Notes: generated by a model not told the origin, from the sequence alone. A stretch of DNA of 63,963 nucleotides, filler included, from Craspedostauros australis (GCA_030167865.1; 16 parts of 16 records of this genome joined end to end with filler, not necessarily neighbours in it); one strand, 5' to 3'; shown: positions 1-14,131, numbered from the whole stretch's first letter. Program-made: numbers and translations.

Positions 1-1617
1 ACCAGGTAGGGGACGTGTTATGAATTGAGGAGGAGACGTGGCGAGAAACAGTTAGATGCGAGAAGCGATGGGATCATAGTTGTGCAACAAGGGACCTTGG
101 TGCTGATCATATGACAACTAGTGTCCGGTGTGATTAGCAGGTGTGCAGCTCAAGAACTGGACCATCTCAACATGTTGCTCAGACAGGAAGAGAAAGAAGA
201 AAGAATGAATTCAGGTATGGGCCCATACATTCAACGTGCATGAGCGAAAGATCCACCTGCTCACATCATTTCAAAGCGTGTCATAGCAGAGCGACGAATC
301 ACGACCATCACTTACCATATTGTGCCGAGCAAGGCCCAAAGAAGGACACCATGAGACACATCAGATATCCTGTTCTGGAACCTGCATTGAGTACCTTGAG
401 CATAGTGTTGGGATGAAAGTCNNNNNNNNNNNNNNNNNNNNNNNNNNNNNNNNNNNNNNNNNNNNNNNNNNNNNNNNNNNNNNNNNNNNNNNNGCTGTGC
501 GCCACTCGAAGTTGGCTTTGCGCGACGAAGTGCGCCCGATCAACATTTTGGCATTCATCCGCCACATCCATGCACTTGATGACGTCGTTGCCCAAAAATT
601 GCCTGGAATGTGGAATGCAGCCAGGGTGTTGCCATGGTTGGCAGTGTAGTTCGCGGAACCACAGAACGTGTCGGCGATGGTTGATTCTTGGATGCTGTTG
701 GCATCCATCCCCTCTGGCAGTTCGCAGCTGTTCGCTGCATCGGTATCCAGCTCGTCATCGTTTACGATATTGATGACCTTTGGATCGATGGTGAGGAAGG
801 ATGTGTCTTCGCATTTGGAATCGTCTGCATCATTGTAGACATCAGCGGTTGCGGCTTGTGCTGCTACTGTTTCGTCTGCGTCGGACAGCTCGTCAATGCG
901 CTTNGTCGAATTCCGAGACGATTGGATGTTGCTGGTTTCCATTGTGAGACTGGTCAACGTGGAGTGTTGTTGGCTGTCCTGGCATGGCACATTCTGTTGT
1001 TGCTGCACACGGTCATCACGTTGTCTTGCGGAGGAAGAGTCACACGATGTCTCTTCCTCTGTTGTGACTCGTTTTTCATGACGTGGAATCCGTTCCATGT
1101 GACGTAGAAGACGGATCAGCGAGAGTAAACACGAAATAGCTCTAAATATCCAATCGCCGTTTCTCCCAAAAGCAAGCAAACCAGTGGCAACAAGGGGCCA
1201 AAACTCCACAACTAGTGTTATCGTGACACCGTTTTACATTGAGTGCAGCTAGTAGGGAGCGCTGTCACCAAAGCATTGGAAGGACTCCACGCTTGATGCG
1301 CAGAGTATGAGCCGCGAGCTGTGGTGCCCTCGCCGTCACTCACAACCATCGTAGCTCCATCGTTGGGACACTTCATAAATCGGAACAGAGCAACAGAACC
1401 ATCTGGAAGCAATACGAGGAGAATACGAGCCAGCAGCCACAAGTTCAAAGTACGCGTGCGCATACCATACACGTGATTGTACCGCGATTCGCCCATACGT
1501 TCCACACCAATACCATTCATTAACACAATACCACACAAGCACTCCGCCATTTCAAACGCAGTTGAACGAGAGGCACAGAACACACCACATCCGAGTATCC
1601 CAACAAGCACACGAATC

Positions 1618-3148
1618 ATGAAGGCAGAACCTGATCAATCCTCTGCTGTTGACATCAGCAATCACAGCAGCAGCAGCAGCAGTAGTGCATTGCATTCGCA
1701 AGATGCAAGCAAGGCTGGCGACAGCAACGTGGAGGCCGACGATGGTCTCTTCCTTGGGTGCGTTCGTCGCAAATACTTAAGATCGTACGCCGGCTTGATC
1801 CATGGTGTGTCCTCGCTGCTGTCCTTGATCTTGGGCAACTACATCTTCTTCGACGCCATGGTCCACGGACATTCTGCCACTCGCTTGCCAGTGCAAGGCG
1901 ACCTTTCCAACGCACTTCCATTCATCACGAGGTTTTTCTTTGGCTGCACATTGGTGGCAGCATCGACAACGGCGATCTTCTTCTGGGACAAGGTGCAGGT
2001 GAGTATCACGCAATACAGCTCAATGCAAACAGCACAAATATGTATGGCATGCATCTCAGTTGAGTACGAGGTGATGCAGACAAGGACTTGCCGCCACGAA
2101 GAGCGAGCGTGTCTGTGTGTGCATTCGCCGAACGCGGACGGAACCAAGCGATTGGATGGAGCGATCAAAGAAACATCATTGGCGTTCCGCTCTCTGCCGG
2201 AATTCCATCCTCGACCAACACAAAACGATTGCTCACCCCATCCATGCCGCAACGTGTACTCTCTTCAACGTCGCACCAATTCTGCGCCACGCTACGCCAC
2301 TCTGCTCTACCTGACTTACTCCATGCTCCTCTGCGAACATCCCTAACGCTGCGCTTCGGCAGAATTGGCAACTTGCTAGCACCCCATTGAAGCAGAAAGG
2401 CATCACGCCACAGGAAATGCAGCGCACGAACCAAGGCCGCGGAATTGTCGCAATGATTCTCTTCAGCGTCTACCCATGCGCGACCATGGTGTTGCCGAGC
2501 CAGCTGCTGGATGATCGCATGTTCTCGGCGGCCGTTGCCGTTGGTATGGTCGCTGCCGTTGTGTACATCTACAAACTTTGCGTGGGTTACAAGAAGCCCG
2601 CGCTGATCTACGTGTACGGATTGTACTTCTTGGGACTGGCGATGTCATTGGTTTCATTCGGATCCGTCTCCAACCTGCACGCTGCGTATCCTCTCCTCTT
2701 ACTGTACCACATTACGAGCGAATGCGCCTTCGTAATTTGCTGCGTCCAATGGGGATTCCTTTGGTACTACGCATACAGCCGCCGATTGATCTCGAAGGAG
2801 ACTGGTCAGATGCTCTGCAAGACTTACCACCCCACTCTCTTCACGATCATGATCGTTCGTCGTGCCTACGAATTCATTTCTTTGCACAACTGGACGTTCG
2901 GGGCTTCGGATGTGGGCAATTCCGCGGAGCAGGAGCAATACCTCGTTCCTGCGCCGATGGTTCCACATGCCTTTGTCTGGGTCATCATCTCGGCCTTCCT
3001 GGTGAGCTTCTTGTTGAAGGTGTTTGTCCGGATTGGGCGCTCCTACTTGTACTCGTACATCTCCGCGGGAAAGTCAGAGGAAGCAGCTTGGAACGAGAAA
3101 GAGGCTACCATCTCCGGTGACCAGGCGAAGCCGACGGAAGCGAGCTGA
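1618..3148 (+). CDS. Multi-pass membrane protein of unknown function, 2 exons (1618-1998, 2363-3148)
   Basis: ATG at 1618 (MKAEPDQ). The donor CAG|GTGAGT at 1999 and the acceptor GGCAG| at 2362, with a CCTAAC branch-like motif just upstream, join ORFs 1477-2346 and 2387-3148 in frame (phase 0: DKVQ|NWQLASTPLKQKG). About 8 hydrophobic segments. Confidence 0.75.
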
Positions 3149-3645
3149 GCTAACATAGACAGAGTTAGAAAGTACTTTAATGAAACTACTCTCAATAAGT
3201 AGAGCGCATAGCATAGTAGATTGTTGGTATTGGCACCATGGCGGCGGATCGACAGTGTGCGAACAACATCGCCCCCTCCTTGCCGAACACAAACGTCACT
3301 TTTGATGCCACGATGATGGTCTCCATTGGTCGCATGCACCAAGACCATGATTGTTTGCCATGGTCGCATGGCGTGCGAGCCACGTAGAGATACAACCTGC
3401 TCCACTCGACTCTGCTCGCACATACGCTTCAGGTCGCACACATGTGCGAGCAATGCCGTTGTGAAATAGTGGCCAGCGTACCCACACGGAACAGCAACAC
3501 CAACGATGGAAAAAGAGCCGTTGCCATAGGATGATTGAGCACATAATCCAGAGCTCAAACCATGCTTGCATGTCTGAGGTCAACACGACGCGACGCAACG
3601 ACTCTACTTCTGGCCCTCTCCGGAAGGTGAAGAAAAGCAAACGCG

Positions 3646-5816
3646 ATGTCGTCGCAGCCTCCGCGAGACAGGTATCTCCGCAACTCGGTCGCTACCAATG
3701 CAGGCATCGGAGCAGACAGGACCAGCATCAACGGCAACAACAACTCTTCGCATGCTGGATCCCTTCCTGAGGATATCCCAGGCGTCGACAAGATGTTATC
3801 GGATGCGATGAAGGACATGTCAACCAACGAGCGGGACAAAGCTTACGAGGAGATCCACGGTGTTGCAGAGATTGTCCACGAAACCGATGATCTCATCGTT
3901 CGCAGTGTATCCCAATTGAAGGAATGTCTGCACGGGATCAGCGTGAAGCCCGCCTTTGACTTGGCATGGAAACAGAATCAAGACTACGTGACAGATCACG
4001 ATTTCTGCCTTATGTTCCTGCGTGCCGACTGCTTTGATGCAGCAAAGGCTGCTGCTCGGATGGTGCAGTTCCTCGAAGTCAAGCTGTCGATTTGGGGTGA
4101 GGACAAGTTGACGACGAGGATCACCATGAGCGATTTTGGCCCGTCCGGGGTGAAGGCGTTGCACACGATCAAAAGCATGCAGGCCTGTCCGTACCGGGAT
4201 AGAGCGGGGCGATTGATCGTTGTTTCGATCGATAAGGACCATCAGGAGCACATACAGAACGATCCTGACGACGCATATCTCGATGTAAGTGATCTGCGTT
4301 CTGGTTGCTCGTTCATTGGCTCATCTTGGCCCAGTCCAGTCCAGCCCAGTCCAGCCTCGCTTTGCGTAGTCACGCCTCACCAGCAATTGCATGGGGTCGC
4401 AGTGCTGCAGTGCAGCAATGCTGTTCTTGCAGCTTGAAAGGGTGGAAGATGCTTCATGGTGCTGGTGGAGTTGAATGGATGTCTCGCACTGGGAATGCCT
4501 TGCGTTGCTTGAAGCAGCTTGGGGTGCATTGGATGACCGACTCACCCAGCAATTGTCGATTTGACTTCCTCTTTTGTTCTCTTGCGTCGATTCTATGCGC
4601 GGCATCTATACACGATCGACAAGTTTTCCTGAACCACAGGGTCGGGTGTTTTGGTACTTCGCCATGTCGCTGGTTGCAGATGATGAGGAGACGCAAAAGA
4701 AAGGACTGGTGTTCATTGCGTACGCATTGGGGCTGGAAGTGGCAGATGGCATAAGAGAATTCTTCTGGCTCCACACTCGGATCGGGATTGCGCTTCCGGT
4801 CAGAGTGGGTGCTTTCCATTACTGCATGGACAAGCTGGCCGTGCAACCCATCATTCAATTGATGGCTTTCGGGATGGATAGAAAGATACTCAGTCGAATG
4901 AGATTGTTTGTCGGTGAGTGCGACCGGAATCTTGTGGAGTACGCATTTGTGTGAGTCTGTACATGTACGAGTACGGTGCGTACTCGTGTGTATTGTCTCG
5001 TGTTCAGTTGTTTGTGCGGACAAGCGTCGAACAAGCAAGCGTCGGACTAACATGCCATTTCGAGCATAATGCTTTCTCTTCTCTCTGTCTTGCCATGCCT
5101 TTCGCTTCCCGACTCGCGTCATATCCACATACTCTGTTGTGCTGCGCTGTGCTGTCCGATGCCGTGTCGCATTGCGTTGCCCTCGGGTGGGATGAACAGG
5201 CGGAGATGTAGAATGCCAATATCATCTGACGACGTACGGCATCTCACCGGACTGCATCCCTCTCACGAGCACCAACAAAGTCAAAGCCGCTCACATCGAT
5301 GCCTGGATCAAGCGGCGCAAACGCGTGGAAAGTGATCCTGAATCCTGCAGAGATCTGATAGAGTTCCCCAGCATGAACGACGTTTTGGTCGTAACAGGCA
5401 ATGATCTCGTTCAGCGCGGAGGTTACGACAGCTACTGCATGTTTGTGGAGAGCCGGGTTGAGGCATACATGAACGCTCGTAACAAAGAACAATTCTTGGA
5501 TGGCTTGGTTGCCAGCGCCACGTCGTTGACGAGATTCCTCGAACGGGACGAAGCCGAGGATGGGTTTTGGCGGCTGGCGAGACCTGCGGCTGTGCGCAGC
5601 AAGATCTGCAACAGTCTGAGGCGGCTCGCCACCAAGCGACGAAAGCAGCCACATGCGGTGCAAGAGGGCACAAGGCGTCGCGCGGTGCTTGATCCACCTG
5701 TGGAGACCGACGTCAACATTCACGTCAACGCCGGATCGAGCACTGCCACCAACCTCGAGCGCAATCCGTACGCCGAACGGAATGGATGCGGTTGCCGTTG
5801 TTTTTCATCCTCTTGA
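3646..5816 (+). CDS. Diatom-type protein with CRAL-TRIO/Sec14-like region and C-terminal DUF6824-like domain, paralogue A, 3 exons (3646-4284, 4640-4913, 5200-5816)
   Basis: GT-AG introns 4285-4639 (phase 0) and 4914-5199 (phase 1) give a continuous frame. Motifs: FCLMFLRADCFDAAKAAARMVQF, RDRAGR, ETQKKGLVFI, PVRVGAFHYC, ECQYHLTTYGI, then PSMNDVLVVTG...RFLER...W...KICNSLR. Confidence 0.8.
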
Positions 5817-7053
5817 CAACGTTGTCAACGTAATAGAGTAATCCAATGGCTCCGGCGAGCTGTAAGTCGCATCAAAAGTGACAAAGGCAAGCCGTTGCGG
5901 CAACGAGAGTCAGCGTGCAGCAACTACCGTCGATCGTGGACCAGTGTTGCTGCGCCTCCCACGCTCCTGCGCTTGTGGATGATTCGTTGTGTCTGTGGAT
6001 CTTGGGCGCTGACAACAAGTGGAGGCGCCGGCGCGTTCTTCCCGAACGCAGTTTCGTGGCGATCTCCTATTGTGATGTCGTATGATTCACTGGACTGATT
6101 AAACGAGTTGGTGATTGTTCTCATTCGCGTCACAAAATGATGTCGCAGACATGTCAATTCCGAAAAACAGCTATGTGTATGCTAGTATATTTTCTACGTA
6201 GCACGGATTGTCGTAGGAATAATACCAGGTGCCCCGTGAGTGGACATCATTGAGAACGCTTGTTGGGAGCGACTCGAGATTGCGTGGCACAGCAGAGAAT
6301 GGTGGCGGCGAACGAATTCTTGGAAGCAGAGACGACAACGTCGCTCCGAACGCTACGAACAAACACGCAATCAGCATCCAAGGAGAGGAATGGGCAGACA
6401 AGGGAGCGGCGAGAGCGGAGGGAGACGGAACCAACAGCACAGCAGGAACAACAAAAGCCACAAAGAGAGACAAAGGATCAACAGAAACGCAACAACCAAG
6501 GAAGACATTCGGATACATCCACAGGAAGGAACGACATCCACACATCCACACATCCACACACACAACATTCATACCCGCACGAAGCTGATACGATCAACAG
6601 CGAGAGCAAAGAGTTCTTGCGATAACACAGACAGAGCCAATAAGACAGCTGTCCCCTCCAAACCCGCCTCAACACGCTCCTGGCCTTCAGGACCAACCAA
6701 CGAACCAACCTGTCGGGATCAAAGAAGCAAGACTGTCCAAACTGCTCCTGATAGGAAGAATCGAAACCAAGCACCGTCGTCGGAACTCGTGCTCCGCGAT
6801 AGTCTGCCTGTCCATCAAGAGTCCAGGCACAAGCACGAAGACGAGCACCAGCGAAGGCCCAATCGACAGACACGGTAGCGAGAAACTGCGCATTCTACGC
6901 GATCAAGCATCCAAGTTGCTCGTACGAGTCCTCGTTGATCGCACCCTCACGTGCCGTACCCATTTGTCCGCGTAGCCACCGCCTTCTGGCGATTGTTGAC
7001 ACATCAAGGGGCAGGGAGGATCTCGACTGCCTCGGCAAACATCAAGGACCACA

Positions 7054-9517
7054 ATGCAACAACACCAACAACAACAAACAGGCGGAAGATACTCCTCTGG
7101 TCGAAACAGACTTGTGTTCCATCAGCAGAATCAACAGCATCAACAACATCAGCACAGCCACCCCTCCGACAACTACCAGAGCAACTACCAGAACAACTAC
7201 CAGAACAACTACGAGTACAGTAGCTCGAACGACATCTGCGGCCACCCCGGTAACTGGTACCTCGGGCAGCAGCAGCAGCAGCAACAACAGTTGCAACAGG
7301 ACCACATTCCGAACCCATACGCACAGCTGGTGACTGCTCCAGGTGTTCTGTCCCCTTTCATCTCCGAATTGCTGCCCCTCCCCCGCTGGACAGAGGAGAC
7401 CATCGCCAGCCTCACAACCATGAGACCTCACGAGGCCACCCAGTCGCCCTTCAATGATCTCCCTGATTTCGATGACACCATCACGAGCGCCATCAAAAAC
7501 CTCTCCATCGATCAGCGCAACAATGCCTACGAAGACATCAACGGTGTTGCAAAGGTGGTGGAGGAGACCCGAGACTTTGTGGCAGGGAAGATCGTGGAGC
7601 TCAACAAAGCCATCAAAAAGTCCAAGACGCCAGCCTACGACATGGCTGTTGAGCAGAATGAGCAATTCGTCACCAACTACAAGTTCCTGCTCATGTTCCT
7701 CAGGTCAGAATGCTTCAACGCCCACAACACGGCCAAGCGCATCATGCGTCACTTCGACCAAAAGCTCACTCTCTTTGGAAAGGACAAGCTCACGAAGCGC
7801 ATCACCCTGGAAGATCTCACAAAGGAGGAACAGGACGTCTTTGCGCAAGCGGGCACCATCCAGGTTCTGCCGCTGCGAGACATGTCGGGACGTGTGGTCA
7901 TGTTCGCTTGCGAGAAGGACCACCGCAAGTACTTCCGCACCGACAACCCAAGGCTCTTCAACGTAAGTTCGTCCACACCATCGTGTTCAGGTGTGCTCTG
8001 TCGTACTTTGCTGCCGGTAGAGTACATCGTTCTCACTCCAACATCTACCCATGCCATCGTTCCTTCCCCCGTCACCGTGACATCTTTGCTCTCCCATGTG
8101 GCGCCACGGTCGCAACTCTCTTTGCTTCCAACCGTATGATCCCATGGCATCACGCCACACCATATCACACCATTCAACTTCTCGCAGTGCCGCCTCATCT
8201 GGTACTACGTAATGGCCATCATCGAAGATGATATCGAGTCCCAGAAGAAAGGAATCGTCTACGTGGGCTACGGACTGGACTTCAAGCCGAAAGGTGACAG
8301 GGACGAGTTCGACGTCTGGATGGGAGGTTGCGCGGTCGCCAACTGCGCGCCAGTACGAATCACGGGCTTCCACTACTGCTACAACAATCCAGTCCTCAAG
8401 CCCATCGTCAATCTCATCTCCAAGGGGCTTGCTATCTCGGCGAGGTCCCGTTTGCGGGCGTGCTATGGTAAGTCTGTTGTTCCTCGTCCTTCGCCCACCC
8501 CCATCCCGTTGATACTTTCATTCGCTGTGTCTGCATCCATGCCTATGTATCGGCGTGCGTGCTGAGTGGCACGCAACACGATTTCAAGCGTGAGCTTCAG
8601 CTTCAGCTTGAATTCCCACACGACGTTGCTCTCAACCGCGTGCCACAGCTCGTCACATCACCAATGCAATGTTCCACTCATTATTTCCTTCCATCACGTT
8701 GCCGCTGGTGCGGATACAATACGATACGACGCAAAACCGCACTGTTTCGTGTCTCTTTATGCCTCCTTCGTTCTGCATCACAAAAGGGAGTGACCTGGAA
8801 TGTCGTGCTCGGCTCCTCGGTCATGGTATCCCTGTCGCCGTCCTCCCTCTCAAGCCCGACAAATTGGAGCCCGATACTAGGTATCTCAAGGTCTGGATCG
8901 CCTCGCAGAAGCAACGGGAGCTGGAGTTCAACGGCAAAACTCGCATCACTGCGGAATGCCCGGACACGGACATCAGATGCGACAGAGGCAAGCCCGCCCA
9001 GAATCACCCAGGCTCCAAAATATTCCGGGAGGTGGTCTTGGCAAAGCTCCCTGACTTCATCAAGTACGAGAAAGATAAAGTCAAGAAGGAGGTCCTGTTC
9101 ATCAGCCTGCTCATTGAGTTCTCTGAACGTTCCATGCGATTCGTCGATCGGCCTTCCGAGGGTGCATCCGGCTGGGTCGAGTGCACCCTCGACAGGGCGA
9201 GGAACAAAATCTACGATTTGTTGAATCGATCCAAAACGGCCTACAATCAAAGCAAGGCGGAAAATCAATCGGAACCTGCCGCCTCCAAGCCCAAGCATGG
9301 CGCGAAGAAGGCCCGGAAGACACAGCCGACCGTCGTGGACGATCACGACGAACCCGAATCCGCAGAAGATCGCGACATCCACGATCTGCCCCACCAGCAC
9401 ATCACCAATGCGAGCACCTTCGCAGAGCTCAATACCAACGCAACCAACCTGGCACCGAGCACACACAACGCGCATTCTCCCAACGAATGCTGCACGAACT
9501 TCACGTCATACTTCTGA
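7054..9517 (+). CDS. CRAL-TRIO/Sec14-like + DUF6824-like protein, paralogue B with Q/N-rich N-terminus, 3 exons (7054-7962, 8188-8467, 8787-9517)
   Basis: Introns 7963-8187 (GTAAGT..CGCAG, phase 0) and 8468-8786 (GTAAGT..AAAAG, phase 1) restore the frame. Motifs FLLMFLRSECFNAHNTAKRIMRHF, RDMSGR, ESQKKGIVYV, PVRITGFHYC, ECRARLLGHGI and PDTDIRCDRGKPAQNHPG match paralogue A. Confidence 0.8.
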
Positions 9518-11295
9518 GGGTCCAACATGTCGTGTTGCGCTGGGGTGGGACAGGACAGGACACAGCATTAGCGGTAGTGCTAAGCTTGTGAATGTTTGAA
9601 TGGGCGGGTGACGGATTCCAGTTGAATGGTGCATGGCCAATGTCAGTAGTGTTAAGAGTGAAGAGAGGGAGACTGGAACCGGCAATGGGATTGCAAGCAG
9701 GATGCGAACATATCATGCGTGCTCTGTGCAGCGTCGCACGGTGCTCCCATTTGTCAAGGCCGCGGGTGGACCCTCCCGTGCTAAGTTAAGAATAGTGACG
9801 ATTATGCGCGTCCAGATGATGCAGCGTGGTGTGACATGGTGCTCTACCTTTGACCCTCGTCCGCCTCTTGGTCGATTGACCGCAAGTGCGATTGCAGTAT
9901 TGCACTTCTCTGCCTCTCTTTCTATGGTACAATAGAGAGAGAGAGAGAGAGAGAAACAGGAGTATGAGAGTGGCGCAACGCAGAATGATCTGCCTCTCGC
10001 TCACCAAGAACATGTAAAAATTGGTGCGAGTGGTGGGAGCGCACCAGGGTCGGATGTGGTACGATCTCTAGCCAGCATTCGCAGCCAGAGCACGCACCAG
10101 GATGTGATGACGAAGCCGTACGTCCGCCGACAGTTGTTTCGCTTCGTTTCTTTGCGACAGCAATGTTACAGTGTGGCGGCTCGAATCTTTGTGTGGTCCC
10201 ACATCTTTTCGACCACCGACACCTCCCTCCACATCATCCATGCTGGACCAGAGATGCCTCCGACGCATGGTTCGACCAATGGCATGGGACACAAGAGAGG
10301 AGCCCGAACATGGCAGCACCGCATCGGCACCATCCACGAGAGGCGAAGAAGAACTCCTCTCATGAGTTGGTGGCGCAAACGTTCGCCCTGAGTTGGCTCG
10401 GACAAGTTCCACCAACTCCTATTCTATTCTACTCTACTATTATACAAGCCAGTCGTATCATGAGCGCAGCTCGTACCACACCACCAAGAGGCCCGGGGGC
10501 ATCAGGACGGTTGTTCCAACACGCCGCTATGCCATCTATTATACAATACCAACTTCCAGCATCACAGACATACAATCGAGCGATTCATGAGACGATGCTA
10601 CGCCCACCAGAAGGCAGGGAAGGCCCGTCTTCTTGGATGTGGTTGAGATTTATGTGGTGGGATGACATGAAGCATTTGTTCCGCGCTTTTTTCTCATGGG
10701 TGCTGCAATCAGTGTGGCGATTGTATTTCAGTATCATGGTTGGTGGGATTTCGCTTCGCTCCGGAGAGAGGCAGCACGTCCCACACAAGATTACCGCATG
10801 CGTCGTCGTACCATCACACTACGGATGTCATCGCAGCTTCATCTTCATCCTTCGCCCCGCCAACACAAGTGAGGGGGAGGGAGGTGGCGGAATCAACCTC
10901 GATATTCTCGTGCGATGCAACGAGGCAGAATGAGGGGAACGAGACGTGACGAGACGAGACGAGACGAAGGAAGATACAACTGCAAGAAACAGAGACGAAT
11001 GGCGACGTGGTGGCATCAGGGTTTGTGTTGCATCTGTATTCCGCGTGTGCTCCGACGTGCATCTTCATACACACTCATGCATGTCCGAGCGCAGGTACGA
11101 GTACGAGTCCGAATGTGCAGAGACGAAGCAATGAAACAATGAAGCGGTGAAACGATGAGACGAGAGCCAGAACACCTCTCATTCGGAAAATACAATTCCT
11201 TCTCACAATTTCTCGAAAGATCCAAGTCGACAACCTTCGCCTTGCACAATCCAACCACACCATTTCAAAAACACCGCTCAACTCAAACGAGCATC

Positions 11296-12945
11296 ATGAA
11301 AATCTCCCAAACCAACCTCCTTCAGGTGTTTGCGCTCGTGTTGAGCATAGGCGCAAAGGCCTTGGCCGACCACGGCAAGTGCGGCGATCCGTGGCGCGAG
11401 CCATGTCTCTCCGAGTCCGACAACCGCTACAAGTCGGACGTCAACTACGATATCGTTGAGCAGAACAAGGTCAAGGTGCGTCCCCACTTGTTCCTTCGCT
11501 AGCGTTGTGATTGGTAGCCTCGGCCACAAACATACATGTCGCGACTCTTGCGTGGTATGGCGCAGTCCACGATGACGGTGTACTCTGGTGCTAGCGGGTA
11601 CTGCACACCGCACAATAGAGAGCTTTCAATGATAGGTCATACGCGTGCAGTGTGTATCTGCCTTTGAAGGATGGGGGTTTTGGTGACCAGGGAATCCTCC
11701 ACTTGTGCATCATATCGATCTCTTTCACTTGGTACGACACCGTCCTCCTGCGGAGAATTCTTATCTATCCCACCTAATATTGCTCACAATGCTATCCTGT
11801 CTTCCTTCCTGCCTTCCTATCTATTATGCTACACTACAATTATCGCCTTTAGGCTCTCTTCACTGGATACTACATGTGCGACATGTTCGTGTACGGACCC
11901 GATGGACAACCGATGGAGACCCGCAGCGAGATCCTTCCTGAATTTGGTCTACTGACCGTGAAATCCTTTCCCTACAAGGTCTTCAATAACTACACCGTCG
12001 ACGGCACTAGGACCTTCAATCATCGTTACCGAGTCCTCGAGCCAGCATCCGAAAGTACCCACCCAGGTATTGCTCAAGCGCTGGACATCTACGGCACCTC
12101 AAGCTTTGAGCTTGATGGGACAATCGTCACGTTGCCACTCACACAGAGTCTCGTGCTTCTCGGGGAATTGAAGGAGAAGCGAGAGACCACCACTACCCAC
12201 TCGATTGGAAACAACACGGTCATTACACAAGGCAGCGCAATGCCCGGCACGCTCGTCGTCAGCGTGATCACTTGTCTGGATGCCAAATGCAGCAACGCAC
12301 GCGAGGTGGTCTCATTCTACAACAACTCCAAGCTCATGTTCTACCAAGCCGGTCACCAGAAGCGCGTGGGGGAGCAAGAGTTCGTCGATCAGATCAAGGC
12401 TGCGTACGAAACCTCATCTGTCCCAGTGCAAGCGCGTCCCTCGATGCCCATGACCGGCCCATCTGCATCCGGCACATTTCCGACTGAGGAGCAGTGGTGC
12501 GAGGTAAGTAATCACGGGAAGCGTGCTAGGTGTGGGGCAAAGACGATGTGTGGAGATAATCTCTTCGATGTGCCATTGCACCATGTTCGTTCTTGCCCTT
12601 ACCAATACCCTTTTCGACTTGCTTCATGCGAACGCCGCTCTATTTTATCACACAATATTCATCACCTCCTCTCCTCCATTTCCTGCTCCTCCGTTTCCTG
12701 CTCCTCCAGTACGATCCAAATTGCGCCACCAACCCATACCATGAGCCAACCACTCCGGTCAAGGCAGGCATCATCGCCGGCTTCACCATCGGCGGTGTCC
12801 TTCTCTTTCTCATCGTGGTCGCTGGTTTGGTCAGCGGGTACAATAAGCAGCAGGCCAAGCGATACCGCGCAGTCTTCGCCACACGTGTTGCACAGACCAT
12901 GAGCATCAACCTCCCAGCCAAGCGCATGGACGCTGCCGCATTGGC
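11296..12945 (+). CDS. Signal-peptide, single-TM (type I) membrane protein, 3 exons (11296-11475, 11853-12503, 12710->contig end), 3'-truncated
   Basis: Hydrophobic signal peptide MKISQTNLLQVFALVLSIGAKALA. Phase-0 GT-AG introns 11476-11852 and 12504-12709 join the frames. Cys-containing ectodomain, then TM AGIIAGFTIGGVLLFLIVVAGLV followed by basic residues. Resembles diatom proteins recalled to end in cytosolic EF-hands, but that part is beyond the gap. Confidence 0.7.
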
Positions 12946-12989
12946 NNNNNNNNNNNNNNNNNNNNNNNNNNNNNNNNNNNNNNNNNNNN

Positions 12990-13001
12990 TTAATTAATTA
13001 A
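12990..13001. other. Artificial contig-joining linker TTAATTAATTAA (six-frame stop) flanked by 44 N on each side; 15 such linkers in the window
   Basis: Identical linkers at 12990, 17813, 19818, 21522, 24650, 26947, 28556, 32229, 34814, 36193, 41469, 51386, 57011, 60736 and 62250. Confidence 0.97.
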
Positions 13002-14131
13002 NNNNNNNNNNNNNNNNNNNNNNNNNNNNNNNNNNNNNNNNNNNNACAGGCTAATTTGTGACGAACCGAACATCACCTTCAGACCCAGACACAGAGACGA
13101 AGGTCGGGAGTATTTTGTCACAAGCGCCATGTTTGACTGGGCATGTTTCCCTCCGACGTTGACATTGTTTGTTGCATTTCGCCCTGGATTCGTGGAACAC
13201 ATTCTTCTTTTTGTCGTCTCGTCCTCGCTTTCCGCATAGAGCCAGTGTTTTTCCTGTATCGCCTTGGGCCCATTCGCCCGACATGTTGGTCGGTTCGTCC
13301 GTACACTGCAGTTTTGAACGGTCTGCTCCATGTGGCACGATGTGCCAGGAATATTGACGTGGTTGTTGCAGTTTTGAACTGACACATTCAGGAGGAATGG
13401 TGCAATCAATACCATTTGGGCATTTGTTAGTCCCTTTTCAGTACTGGTTGACGTGATTTTGAGACTAATTTATGCCTTCGTGTCCATTCCGACGATAAAC
13501 AACATTATTTAGACCCATTTGTGTCGCCTGTTGTGCGTGATGTGACAAAATTGGGACTATGTGAGTCCTTGAGATGACCGATTTGGACCGAAATACCTTG
13601 ATTTTGGACCACTGTGATGCCATTTGGTGTGTTTATCTACTGTGACATTGATACGTATCCGTATGCACTAGGTCGTATTCAACCACCCCAATGGATTGTC
13701 CGATCGTGCATGGACTGTTTGCGACATTCCAAGACATTCGCCACCAACACCGAGGAATGGGGCATTTCGATTCGCTTGTCGTCGATTCACCAGGTTGTAC
13801 TCGACCACACAGGCTAATTGTCCGATACTGATTCGTCTTTTTGCGGTAACACGGGAAGGTATTGGCATCACAGCGAACTCACGATCGTGCTTGTTTCGTT
13901 TTCGCACGAAGTCATAACGGGAGAAACCAAACATGCCATGCCAACGGACCAGGACGCCCACATACACAACACACACAACACACACACAGAGAGAGAGAGA
14001 GAGGTGTTGGAAAACGATGGCAACATTTGCACCATCAACCCACATGCCCACATGTTCCCCCAAAACAAATCAATGTGGCCATAAAAACAAAATCGCAACA
14101 CTCACACACACCCACTCACCCACACACCAAC

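Noticed and set aside
308..1619. Possible intron-containing membrane-protein gene on the minus strand
   Set aside because: Fragments switch frames and contain stops and gaps. No recognisable family or consistent gene model; may be a degraded pseudogene.
10163..10933. 256-aa ORF
   Set aside because: Non-ATG start, no motifs, no convincing splice structure.
12990..13001. TTAA as piggyBac target sites or PacI biology
   Set aside because: Always embedded in exactly 44+44 N, so it is an assembly linker.
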